Source of the DNA: Kofleriaceae bacterium
GTDB lineage: Bacteria; Myxococcota_A; Polyangia; Haliangiales; Haliangiaceae
DNA: 64,000 nt
Assembly (NCBI GenBank): GCA_018058095.1
Contig: JAGPCO010000022.1
Location: 3,493-67,492 of the forward strand
Direction: 5' to 3'
The notes under the pieces are model-generated. The model did not search any database. It had not been told where the DNA came from and saw only the letters and a list, made by a program, of their open reading frames with translations. Each line of letters starts with the position of its first letter. Within the stretch, counting starts at the first letter, position 1. Made by a program: the position numbers and the translations under genes. This document shows positions 31,355-53,045 of the stretch, in pieces.

Positions 31355-32125
31355 ATGAAGCCCACCTCGCCTGCCCCCCTCCTCGCGGTCGCCCTGGCGG
31401 CGCTCGCCTCTCCGTCCGTGGCCCACGCGGACTTCATGGCCTACCAGTGCCAGGGCCCGACGACCGGGCCGGTCGTCGCCGTACCGGGCAAGGCCGGCGC
31501 CTGCGTCGGGTTCAAGCGCAACCGGACCGGGCGAACCCGGGTCATCACCTTCGACCATGCCCGCAGCGGCGTGCTGCTGGCCAGCCCCGACGGCCGCACC
31601 GTGGTGATGGTGCAGAGCTACCTGTACGGGACCCGCAAGGCCGACGGTACGCTGGTCGAGTTCGACGGCGCCGGCGCGGAGCGCCCCGATCCGGTCGTGC
31701 TCGAGGTGTTCCGCGACGGCAAGCGCCTGGCCCAGCACCGGCTCGGCGCGCTGCTGGCGCGGCCCCACCTGGCCGACCTGACGATCTCGCACGTGCGCTG
31801 GGTCGACGGCGAGCCGCGGCTCGACAACACGTCCCTCGAGCTGACCACCACGTCGTACCGCACGCTGACCTTCTCGACCCGGACCGGCGCGCTGACCGGC
31901 GCGGTCGACACCCCGACCTGGACGCGGTGCCACACGCTGGCGAGCGGCACGGTCGACCTGGTCGGCAAGCGCCTGCTCGAGCCGTACTCGCTCAAGACCG
32001 GCACCAAGGTCGCGACCATCCCGTTCGCGATCGGACCGGGCGTGGTGCTGACCGACCGGGCCTACACCAAGGCCTGCTTCGAGCCGGGCGGAAGCGGCCT
32101 GGTCCTGACCCAGACCGTGCGCTGA
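31355..32125 (+). CDS. secreted protein, paralog 2 (unknown family)
   Basis: Track ORF 31271..32125 trimmed to ATG 31355 (MKPTSPAPLLAVALAALASPSVAHA). Long nucleotide stretches are near-identical to 28330-28930. Confidence 0.65.
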   Translation: MKPTSPAPLLAVALAALASPSVAHADFMAYQCQGPTTGPVVAVPGKAGACVGFKRNRTGRTRVITFDHARSGVLLASPDGRTVVMVQSYLYGTRKADGTLVEFDGAGAERPDPVVLEVFRDGKRLAQHRLGALLARPHLADLTISHVRWVDGEPRLDNTSLELTTTSYRTLTFSTRTGALTGAVDTPTWTRCHTLASGTVDLVGKRLLEPYSLKTGTKVATIPFAIGPGVVLTDRAYTKACFEPGGSGLVLTQTVR

Positions 32126-32126
32126 T

Positions 32127-32165
32127 CTAGCAGGCTGCTGAAGAAGCAGCCTGCTAGTCATTTTC
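32127..32165 (+). terminator. intrinsic terminator: perfect 13-bp stem, 5-nt loop, T-run
   Basis: CTAGCAGGCTGCT-GAAGA-AGCAGCCTGCTAG (32127-32157) followed by TCATTTTCG, starting 2 nt after the TGA at 32123-32125. Confidence 0.75.
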
Positions 32166-32180
32166 GATCTCGCAGCCTGC

Positions 32181-32225
32181 TGAAAACACGGAGCCCGTCC
32201 CGTCGGCAGGAGCCGCCGGCACGGG
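32181..32225 (-). terminator. probable intrinsic terminator for the minus-strand membrane-protein gene
   Basis: Imperfect 14-bp stem (32194-32207 / 32212-32225, 12 of 14 positions paired, loop AGGA). On the minus strand it is followed by CTCCGTGTTTTCA. Confidence 0.45.
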
Positions 32226-32240
32226 TTGTTCAGCAGCCTG

Positions 32241-32603
32241 CTAGGCCTTGCGGCCGGGCTTCACCGTGAGCACCAGCGCCAGCACCATGCCGACGAACGC
32301 GGTGAGCAGGCCGACGGTCTGGCCGGCGCCCGAGACCGCGCCCGGCGCGTCGCCGCTGACCTTCATGCCGACCAGCGCGAACGCGACGATGGCCACGCCG
32401 CCGGCCCAGCGCGCCGGGGCGCGAAACAGGTTGTGCGCGCCCATGGCCGCGCCGACCAGCGACGCGCCCAGCGTGAGGTAGCCGTGGCCACCGGCGTCGA
32501 GCAGCATGATCTTGACCGGACCGACGGTGGCCAGCGGCAGCAGCAGCATGCCGATGGCGCCGAGCAGGCCACACGCGATCAGGCCGTAGTTGAGCTTGAG
32601 CAT
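32241..32603 (-). CDS. small integral membrane protein
   Basis: 120 aa with four hydrophobic segments (LIACGLLGAIGMLLLPLATV, GYLTLGASLVGAAMGA, GGVAIVAFALVGM, VGLLTAFVGMVLALVLTV). Confidence 0.55.
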   Translation of the reverse strand: MLKLNYGLIACGLLGAIGMLLLPLATVGPVKIMLLDAGGHGYLTLGASLVGAAMGAHNLFRAPARWAGGVAIVAFALVGMKVSGDAPGAVSGAGQTVGLLTAFVGMVLALVLTVKPGRKA

Positions 32604-32625
32604 GGCGCCCAGGCTACCAGGCCGG

Positions 32626-34194
32626 TCAGCGCGGTGCGGTCAGCTCGGCGTCGATCAGGGCGCGGAAGCCGTCGATGCCCTGCGCGCCGGTGAAGCGCTG
32701 GCCGTTGATGAAGAAGGTCGGGGTCGCGCGGACCTCGAGCTCGTCGGCCGTGGCGAGGTCACGGGCGACGGCGTCACGGTGGACGTGAGCGTCGAGCTCG
32801 CGGGTGAAGCGGGCGACGTCGAGGCCGACCTGCCCGGCCAGGGCGATCAGCGCGTCGCGGCCGAGGTCGTCCTGCTGCGCCAGCGCCAGGTCGTGGAACT
32901 CCCAGAACTTGCCCTGGGCCCCGGCGGCGACGGTGGCCTCGGCGGCGAGGCTGGCCTGGGTGTGGTGTGGCAGCGGGAACTGCTTGAGCACCAGGCGCAG
33001 CTTGTCGGGGTACTCGTCGAACAGCTGGTCGAGCGTGCCGAGCACCTTGGCGCAGTACGGGCACTGCAGGTCGCCGAACACGACGATGGTGACCGGCGCG
33101 GCGGCCGCGCCGCGGGTCGGGCCGGCGTGCAGGCCGACCTCGGCGATGCGGGCCGCGGTCAACCGCTCCTCGTCGTCGCTCGGCGGTGGCTCGCACGTCC
33201 CGCATGGCGGGGCCTCGGGCCCGGGCCCGGGCCCGGGCGCAGCCGACGGCGGCGTGACCGCGCCAGCGCGGGCCGATGGCAGCGGGATCGACGGTGACGC
33301 CAGCAGCCCGTGCGCTGGCGCGGCGGCCTGAGCCGGGGCCACGGCCGACGTGGCGGCCGCGGGTGCGGCCTCGTCGCCGCGGGTGGCGAGGTAGGTCCCA
33401 CCGACGGCGGTGGTGGCGAGGGTGAAGGCGAGCAGGGAGAGCTTGAGCATCGACGTTCCTCCGGCAGACAGGGATGAAGTACTGCGGGACGTCGCGATCA
33501 CGGATGCCGAGCTGGTGCTGGTGCCGGCCCCGCCGGCGGCGCCGGTGCCGACCGTCGCCGTGCCGAGGCCAAGCGGCGGCAGCGCGGCCAGCACGCGGCC
33601 GACCAGCTGCTGCGGCGGCGGGCGGCGCTCGAGCGCGCTCACCACCAGGTCGGACACCGCGTCAGCCAGGTGGCGTCGACCGCGGCTGAGCCGCTGCAGC
33701 ACGACGTCCTCGCGCAGGTCGAGCGCCTGCGCCACCTCGCGGACCGAGCGGCCCTCCTGGTAGAACAGCACCAGCACCTCGCGGTAGCTGACCGGCACCG
33801 CCGCCAGCGCCGCCCACACCACGCGGTCGCGCTGGGCCTGGCTGGTCACCTCGAACGGGGTGGCCGGCCCCGGCGTCGCTGCGCCGAGCGCCAGCTCGAG
33901 GTCGTCGACCAGGTCCTCGCGCCGCGATTGCCGGCGCGCCTTCTTGGCCAGGTTGCGGGCGATGCCACACAACCAGGCGCGCAGGCGCGACGTCTCGCGC
34001 AGCTGATCGAGCTGGCCCCAGGCCGCGACGAAGGTGTCCTGCGCCAGGTCCTCCGACAGCGCCGGGTTGCCGGTCGCGCCGAGGGCGACCGCACACACCG
34101 CGCGCTGGTGTCGCTCGATGAGCTGGCCGTAGGCGTGGCGCTCGCCGCGTCGGCTCGCTGCTACCAGCTCGGCATCCGTGATCACGTGTCCCAT
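32626..34194 (-). CDS. ECF sigma factor fused in one ORF to a linker, one TM helix and a DsbA-like thioredoxin domain (CPYC)
   Basis: Track ORF 32626..34287 trimmed to ATG 34194. Sigma region 2 (HAYGQLIERHQRAVCAVAL..EDLAQDTFVAAW) and region 4 (YREVLVLFYQEGRSVREVAQALDLREDVVLQRLSRGRRHL). TM helix MLKLSLLAFTLATTAVGGTYLA (about 33385-33450). VVFGDLQCPYCAK (CPYC codons 33052-33063) and ATPTFFINGQ. Confidence 0.75.
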   Translation of the reverse strand: MGHVITDAELVAASRRGERHAYGQLIERHQRAVCAVALGATGNPALSEDLAQDTFVAAWGQLDQLRETSRLRAWLCGIARNLAKKARRQSRREDLVDDLELALGAATPGPATPFEVTSQAQRDRVVWAALAAVPVSYREVLVLFYQEGRSVREVAQALDLREDVVLQRLSRGRRHLADAVSDLVVSALERRPPPQQLVGRVLAALPPLGLGTATVGTGAAGGAGTSTSSASVIATSRSTSSLSAGGTSMLKLSLLAFTLATTAVGGTYLATRGDEAAPAAATSAVAPAQAAAPAHGLLASPSIPLPSARAGAVTPPSAAPGPGPGPEAPPCGTCEPPPSDDEERLTAARIAEVGLHAGPTRGAAAAPVTIVVFGDLQCPYCAKVLGTLDQLFDEYPDKLRLVLKQFPLPHHTQASLAAEATVAAGAQGKFWEFHDLALAQQDDLGRDALIALAGQVGLDVARFTRELDAHVHRDAVARDLATADELEVRATPTFFINGQRFTGAQGIDGFRALIDAELTAPR

Positions 34195-34286
34195 GTCGCC
34201 CTGTAGTGGCGCGGCGGCGGCAGGACCTGACACGAAATCGACCACGGCTGCAGAACCCGAGGGTAACCCCGCGGCATTCCTCCACA

Positions 34287-34374
34287 CCCGTGCCCGTGCC
34301 CGTGCCCGTGCCCGATCTGGGTCGGCGGGTGACCCTGACCGGGCACGGGCACGGGCACGGGCACGGGCACGGGG
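34287..34374. repeat. inverted hexanucleotide microsatellites (CCCGTG)4CCCG / (CGGGCA)5CGGGG separated by 25 nt
   Basis: Left arm 34287-34314 and right arm 34340-34374. A perfect 28-bp stem is possible. Each arm supplies runs of GGG separated by 3 nt on one strand. Confidence 0.9.
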
Positions 34375-34377
34375 CTG

Positions 34378-35958
34378 CTACCGCAGCTGGTAGATCGGCC
34401 CGCCCGGGCCGGCGTCGACCAGGCTGGCGTTCGCGCCCAGGTACGTCGCCAGCTCGACGTCGATGGGCAGGCCGGCGACGTGGGCGTAGAAGCGGGCGCC
34501 GCGTCGGTGTGCGGCGGCCAGGCGCTCGACGCCGGTGGCGCCCAGGTCGTCGTTGGCCAGGACCCAGCCGCGGGTGCGCGAGCCATAGAACACGCGCGGA
34601 TCCTCGAAGTTGTTGCGCGTGCCCCAGTCAGGGTCGCGCCGCGGCGCGCGCGCGCGCACCACCACCAGCGTGCCGGGCCGGGCCAGCGCGCCGAGCCGCG
34701 CCGCCAGCGCGGTCTCCGGCTGGGCCGGCTGCGCGCGCAGGAAGCGGGCCGCGCTGCCGGCCGAGGCGACGGCGAGCAGGAGCGTGACGAGCGCGACCAC
34801 GACGCGGCGCCGGCGCCACCACGGCGCCGACGACGCGGTCGACGTCTGCACTGGTCCTTCAACCGAAACAGCCCCGAGCGCGACCGCGGCGCGCGCCACC
34901 AGCGTCGCCCCCAGCACCAGGTGCGGCAGGTGGTAGTGCGTGCCGTACGGCCCGGCGGTGTAGCGCAGCGCCAGCACCAGCAGCACCAGTGCGCCGCCGG
35001 CCAGCGCCAGCACGTCGGCGTTGACCGGGCCACCCGGCGACGGGCGCACCAGCTGGCGGCGCCACAGCAGCACCAGCGCGGCGACGGCGCCGAGCCAGCC
35101 CAGGCCCCATGGCACGGCGAAGCGCACCAGCGCCAGCCAGGTCGACGGCGCCGCCAGCGCCGCCGCCGTCGGCAGCTTGCTGTCGCCACCGCTGAGCACG
35201 CCGAAGGTGTTGCCGCTGGTTAGGTACAGGCCGCGCGCGTGCAGCATCCAGGCCGCGACCAGCACGACGACGACGGCCCAGCCCAGCCACAGCCCGGGCG
35301 CGCGCAGCCGACCACGCTGCGCCAGCAGCACGAACAGGCCCTGCGCCAGCCCGAGCTCGAGCGTGGTCGGCTTGAGCAGGCCAGCCAGCGCGGTCGCCGC
35401 GACCCAGCCGAACCAGCGCCGGGCCGACGGCGCCTCGGCCCAGCGCACGAACCCGAGCCAGCCGAGCGTGAACGCCAGCACGGCCAGGCCGTCGGGCTGG
35501 ATCGACGTGCTCATCACGATCGCGCCCTGGTGCGCCAGCAGCGCCAGCAGGGCGGCAGCGCCCGGCAGCGGCCCGTGCCGGCGCGCCAGGTCGCGCGCCA
35601 GCAGCAGCACGGCCAGCGCGACCGCCAGCAGCGACAGCAGCTGGCCAGGCCAGGTCGCCAGGCCGACCAGCCGCAGCACCGCCGCCACCAGCAGCGGGTA
35701 CACCGGCGCCTCGGTCTCGACCTCGCCGGTGCCGTCGCCGCGCCAGTCGATGCGCGGGGCCCAGGCCGGCCCCCCGTCGAGGAGGTAGTTGCGGGCCATG
35801 GCCTGGGTGTCGGCCTGGCGCCACCCCATCCAGTCGTCGGTGATGGGCTCGTGCCGGCGCGCCAGCCACATCATCGCGGCCCACGCGCCCACCACCAGCG
35901 CGGCCACCATCATCCAGCGGTCGGGCCGCCGGGTCGCGTCCGCGTGCGCCTGGCCCAT
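34378..35958 (-). CDS. GT-C fold membrane glycosyltransferase (ArnT/PMT_2-like)
   Basis: About 10 hydrophobic segments followed by a soluble C-terminal domain. The N-terminal loop DDWMGWRQADTQAMARNY resembles the acidic loop-1 motif of GT39/GT83 enzymes. Starts 7 nt after the NRPS-PKS stop. Confidence 0.65.
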   Translation of the reverse strand: MGQAHADATRRPDRWMMVAALVVGAWAAMMWLARRHEPITDDWMGWRQADTQAMARNYLLDGGPAWAPRIDWRGDGTGEVETEAPVYPLLVAAVLRLVGLATWPGQLLSLLAVALAVLLLARDLARRHGPLPGAAALLALLAHQGAIVMSTSIQPDGLAVLAFTLGWLGFVRWAEAPSARRWFGWVAATALAGLLKPTTLELGLAQGLFVLLAQRGRLRAPGLWLGWAVVVVLVAAWMLHARGLYLTSGNTFGVLSGGDSKLPTAAALAAPSTWLALVRFAVPWGLGWLGAVAALVLLWRRQLVRPSPGGPVNADVLALAGGALVLLVLALRYTAGPYGTHYHLPHLVLGATLVARAAVALGAVSVEGPVQTSTASSAPWWRRRRVVVALVTLLLAVASAGSAARFLRAQPAQPETALAARLGALARPGTLVVVRARAPRRDPDWGTRNNFEDPRVFYGSRTRGWVLANDDLGATGVERLAAAHRRGARFYAHVAGLPIDVELATYLGANASLVDAGPGGPIYQLR

Positions 35959-35964
35959 GCGCGG

Positions 35965-49064
<13,100 letters not shown>

Positions 49065-49068
<4 letters not shown>

Positions 49069-49838
49069 GGCGACACCTCCTCGATCCGCGCGACGATGGC
49101 GCTGATCACCTCCATCGGCACCGTCGCCGCGTTGAGCGCGTCGTCGCTGTTCCACGCCGCCGCGTCCATGATCTCCAGCCAGCGGGTGGCCGATCGCGTC
49201 GCCAGCGCCCGCTGCAGCGCCTCCAGCTCGGACTCGCGCCGGGTCGCGATGATCGTCAGGTGGTCGGCCCGCGGCAACTCGTCGACCAGGCGGATCGCGC
49301 GCAGCCCGCTCGCCAGCGCCGGCGAGAGCACGGTGCCGAGGGCCTCGGCCGGCACCCCCTCGGCGTCGACCGGCAAGGTGTCAGGCCAGCGCCCGGCCGT
49401 CTCGGCCCGCAGGTAGGTCCGGTGCGCCGCCGCAAGCTCACGCAGGTAGCCGAGCCCGTCGGCGACCGGGTCCCACAGCACCAGGTGGCGGGTGCGGAGC
49501 CCAGCCCGGCTGGTCGCCAGCGCGGCCAGCGTCGCGCCCAGCCGCAGCCCGACGAGGACCAGGCGGCTGTCAGCCGGCGCCGCCCGCAGCAGCTCGGCCG
49601 CGGCCCGCTCGATGTCGGCCAGCCACGCCTCGACGTTGCCGGCGCCGTCGTCGCCGCTCGAATCGCCGGTGCCGCGGTAGTCGAAGCGCAGCGTGGTGTA
49701 GCCGGCCCGCTCGAGCTGCGACGCCAGCACGCGATACAGCCGGTGCGCGCGCGCTGCCTCCTCGCCGAGCGGGTTGCACAACAACACCGCCGCCGAGCGC
49801 GGGCGCAGGCGAGTCGTGCGATGCAGCGCACCGAGCAT
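49065..49838 (-). CDS. alpha/beta-hydrolase-fold protein with G-L-R-L-G at the nucleophile elbow
   Basis: C-terminal part of track ORF 49065..50360; the rest of that ORF is antisense to the divergent gene. [44 protein letters not shown]. The start is uncertain: ATG 49838 is chosen, and the fold may begin slightly upstream. Confidence 0.6.
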
Positions 49839-49956
49839 CCAGCCGTCCCCGGCGGCGCCCTGCGCGGCCCCATCAACCCCGAAGTGGAAGACTGTCGCGG
49901 CGATGCAGATCAGCTTACAGTCGGCGCGGCCTCGGCGGCAACGCGCCAGGGCGGCG

Positions 49957-50832
49957 ATGACGGCAACCATCCTCCCCTTCCGCGAACACGTGCTCGGGCT
50001 CGGGCCCGACCAGCACCTCGTGGCCATCGCGACCGAGCCGCGCGACCCGGCCGGCGGCGGCAACCGACCCGCGCCGGTGGTCCTGCTCAACGCCGGCGTG
50101 CTGCACCGGGTCGGGCCGCATCGCCTGCACGTGACGCTGGCCCGGGCCCTGGCCGCCACCGGTCGGACCGCGCTGCGCGTGGATCTCTCGGGCATCGGTG
50201 ACAGCCGCCCGGTGCCGAGCAACCTGCCCTTTCGTGACAGCGCGGTGGCGGACACCCGGGTCGTGCTCGACCACCTGGTCGACCCCGTGGGTGGCCGCGT
50301 CATCCTGTTCGGGTTGTGCTCGGGCGCCGACAACGCCCTGGCCACCGCCGCGGTCGACACCCGCGTCGGCGCGCTGGTCTTGATCGACCCGCCGGCCTAC
50401 GCCACGCCGCGCTCGCAGCTGCGCAAGCTGGCGGCGAACCTCTCGGCCCAGCCCGGGGCCGCCGCCGCCGCGCGCTGGGCGCTGGCGCTGGCCCGCCGCC
50501 AGGCCCGGGCCCAGCTCGATCGGGCGCGGGCCCGTCTGCGCCCGGGCACCGACGCGACCGACGCCGACAGCGGCGGCCGCCAGTCGCCACCGCTACCGGC
50601 CTACCGCCGGCAGCTGACCGCGCTGGTCGATCGCGGCGTCGCCATCCTGTGTATCTACACCGGCGCCCTCGGCGACCGCTACAACCACGCCGAGCAGCTG
50701 TTCGAGTGGTTGCCCGAGCTGCGCGGCCGGATCGACGTGGCGTACTTCCCCGACGCCAACCACATGTTCACCGAGCGCGCGGCCCAGGCCGAGCTGGTGA
50801 CCACCATCCTGCGCTGGCTCGCCGCCCGGTGA
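49957..50832 (+). CDS. alpha/beta-hydrolase-fold protein with G-L-C-S-G at the nucleophile elbow
   Basis: Track ORF 49774..50832 trimmed to ATG 49957 (MTATILPFREH). PVVLLNAGVLHRVGPHR, RVDLSGIGDS, VILFGLCSGADNAL, and a distal His in FPDANHMF. Confidence 0.7.
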   Translation: MTATILPFREHVLGLGPDQHLVAIATEPRDPAGGGNRPAPVVLLNAGVLHRVGPHRLHVTLARALAATGRTALRVDLSGIGDSRPVPSNLPFRDSAVADTRVVLDHLVDPVGGRVILFGLCSGADNALATAAVDTRVGALVLIDPPAYATPRSQLRKLAANLSAQPGAAAAARWALALARRQARAQLDRARARLRPGTDATDADSGGRQSPPLPAYRRQLTALVDRGVAILCIYTGALGDRYNHAEQLFEWLPELRGRIDVAYFPDANHMFTERAAQAELVTTILRWLAAR

Positions 50833-52286
50833 GCACCGTCGCGCGCACCGCCGCGCGTGGCGTGGCCTGGAACCTCGTCTTCGGCCTCGGCGCCCGCGTG
50901 GTCCAGCTGGTCGGCACGCTCGTCCTGACCCGCTTCCTCGCGCCCGACGCCTACGGCGCGGTGCTGGCGGCGTCGATCACCGTGGCCACCACGGGTGTGT
51001 TCACCAGCTTCGCCTTCGGCCAGTACCTCATCGCCCAGCGCGCCCCCGCCACCGTCGCGTTCCAGGCCGCGGTCGTGCACAACCTGCTCGGCGTCGCGAC
51101 CATGGGCGTGGTCGTCGCGCTGCGCCACCCGCTGGCAGCCCTGGTCGACAGCCCGAGCATGGCCCCGTACGTGGTGGGCTTCGCCGCCGCCCACCTGCTC
51201 GACCGCCTGCGCTACGTGCCGGAGCGCCTGCTCATGCGCGACCTGCGCTTCCGCACCATCGCCGCCATCAACGGCAGCGGCGAGCTGCTGTTCACCGCGG
51301 CCGCGCTCGCCCTGGTCGGGCGCGAGGGCGCGTGGGCCATCGTCTGGGCGGCGCTCGCGCGCGCCGGCTGGACCTCGGCCTGGTTCCTGTGGGCGTCGCC
51401 ACGCGCCGCCTGGCTGGCGCCGAGCCGACTCGAGCCAGCCACGCTGCGCGCGCTGCTGGCGTACGGCGTACCCATCACCGTGGCCGCCATCGCCGACCGG
51501 GCCGCGACCCGATGGGACAGCCTGCTCATGTCCAAGCTGTTCGGGTCGGCGGTGATGGGCCGCTACAACCTGTCGTACAGCCTGGCCGAGATGCCCATCT
51601 CCAACGTGGCCGAGCACGTCGGCGAGGTGCTGATGCCGTCGTTCTCGCGCATGGAGCCGGCCGAGCGCCGCTCTGCCGCGGTGCGTTCGGCCGCGCTCAT
51701 GGCCCTGCTGGTGGCGCCGCTCGGGGTCGGCCTGGGCGCGGTCGCGCCGACCATCGTCGAGGCGTTCTTCGACCCGCGCTGGGCCGAGATGGCGCCGATG
51801 TTGACCATCCTCAGCGTGATGACGGTGTTCCGGCCGACCACGTGGTCGGCCATCGCCTACCTGCAGGCCGTCGGCCGGACCCGGCCCATCATGATCCTGG
51901 CGTTCGCGCGCGCCCTCGCCGTGCTCGGCCTGGTCGCGCTGTTCGGCCTGCTCGGCGGCCCGCTGTGGGCGTGTGTCGGCGCCTGCATCGCCTACGCCGG
52001 CCACGCCGTCGCCACCATCATCACCACCGGCGCCCTGACCGACGTGCCGACGGCGGCCTACCTGGTCGGCGTGGCCCGGCCGCTGCTGGCCTGCGTGCCG
52101 ATGTTCGTCGCGGTCGAGGCCGCCCGCGCCGGCCTGACCGAGCTCGGGCTGGCGGCGCCGGCCGTGCTCGCGCTCGAGATCACCACCGGCGCCGTGGTCT
52201 TCGTTCTCGGCGCGCTGGTCCTGGCCGGCCCGACCGCGCGCGAGTTCATCCGCCTGGCCCGGCGCACGCTGTCGCGCCGGGGCTGA
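50829..52286 (+). CDS. polysaccharide biosynthesis protein / Wzx-like MOP-superfamily flippase
   Basis: Track ORF 50316..52286 trimmed to GTG 50829, which has a GTGA overlap with the hydrolase stop. ARGVAWNLVFGLGARVVQLVGTLVLTRFLAPDAYG, GRYNLSYSLAEMP, and about 12-14 hydrophobic segments. Confidence 0.8.
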   Translation: MSTVARTAARGVAWNLVFGLGARVVQLVGTLVLTRFLAPDAYGAVLAASITVATTGVFTSFAFGQYLIAQRAPATVAFQAAVVHNLLGVATMGVVVALRHPLAALVDSPSMAPYVVGFAAAHLLDRLRYVPERLLMRDLRFRTIAAINGSGELLFTAAALALVGREGAWAIVWAALARAGWTSAWFLWASPRAAWLAPSRLEPATLRALLAYGVPITVAAIADRAATRWDSLLMSKLFGSAVMGRYNLSYSLAEMPISNVAEHVGEVLMPSFSRMEPAERRSAAVRSAALMALLVAPLGVGLGAVAPTIVEAFFDPRWAEMAPMLTILSVMTVFRPTTWSAIAYLQAVGRTRPIMILAFARALAVLGLVALFGLLGGPLWACVGACIAYAGHAVATIITTGALTDVPTAAYLVGVARPLLACVPMFVAVEAARAGLTELGLAAPAVLALEITTGAVVFVLGALVLAGPTAREFIRLARRTLSRRG

Positions 52287-53037
52287 GCCAGCGCACCACC
52301 GGCACCAGCGCCGCTGCGCCCTCGGCCAGGCACAACGCGGCGGCGTGATCGATGGCACCGGCGCCGGCTTCGCGCCACGCCACCACCCGCCAGCGCCCGC
52401 CGTCGTCGTCGAGCTCCGGATCGATCACCAGCGTCGGCGCGCCCCGCTCGTCGTCATCGGCGCCGAACCCGACCGCAAAGCGATCGAGAGGGGCGGCCAG
52501 GCCGAGCCCGCGCGCCTTGAGGTAGGCCTCCTTGATCGTCCACATCGCCGCGAACCGGGCCGGCTGCGCGTCCGGTAGCAGCTCACGCAGCGCGACGATC
52601 TCGGCCACGGTGAAGCAGCGCGGCAGCACCTCGGCCGGCACCACCGCCGGGATGGCCTCGAGATCGAACCCCAGCGCGGCGTCGGTCGCGCCCGGCCCGG
52701 TCCACACCGCACAGCCGACCAGGCCACGCGTGTTGGCGACCGAGAAGGCCAGCCCGGCCGGCAGCTGGCGCGGCGCGCTCACCCGCGGCCGGCCGCCCGG
52801 CGCCGCCTCGAACCGCCACGCCGCAGGCGCCACCGCGTCGCCGACGGCGTGCGACAGGGCCAGCCGCTGCAGCAGGCGCGACGCGCGCGCCTCGGCCCGA
52901 TCCGCGTCGAAGCGCAGGCGCTCGCCGTGGGCCCGATCGTCGTCATCGAGCACGTCGTCGATCGCGCCGGCCGGCCAGCCGGCCAGGAGCGCGGCCGGTG
53001 CGGCCAGCGTCACCACCAGCGTCGACGTGTTCGCCAT
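52246..53037 (-). CDS. Sfp-type 4'-phosphopantetheinyl transferase
   Basis: Track ORF 52246..53454 trimmed to ATG 53037. GFDLE and WTIKEAYLKARG motifs, with an upstream GGRP segment. Confidence 0.85.
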   Translation of the reverse strand: MANTSTLVVTLAAPAALLAGWPAGAIDDVLDDDDRAHGERLRFDADRAEARASRLLQRLALSHAVGDAVAPAAWRFEAAPGGRPRVSAPRQLPAGLAFSVANTRGLVGCAVWTGPGATDAALGFDLEAIPAVVPAEVLPRCFTVAEIVALRELLPDAQPARFAAMWTIKEAYLKARGLGLAAPLDRFAVGFGADDDERGAPTLVIDPELDDDGGRWRVVAWREAGAGAIDHAAALCLAEGAAALVPVVRWLSPGATACAGPGG

Positions 53038-53045
53038 CCCCGGCT

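Noticed and set aside
34182-35189. ORFs translating the hexamer repeats as PVPVPVPV / GHGHGHGHG
   Set aside because: The dipeptide runs are simply the microsatellite read in frame. The rest of these ORFs is antisense or out of frame to the GT-C membrane protein gene, which has coherent hydrophobic segments.
49839-50360. N-terminal 174 aa of ORF 49065..50360(-), giving a 431-aa hydrolase
   Set aside because: This part is antisense to the well-formed divergent hydrolase gene (49957..50832) and is Arg/Ser/Thr/Cys-rich nonsense. The hydrolase fold motifs begin near residue 155-175. The exact start remains uncertain.
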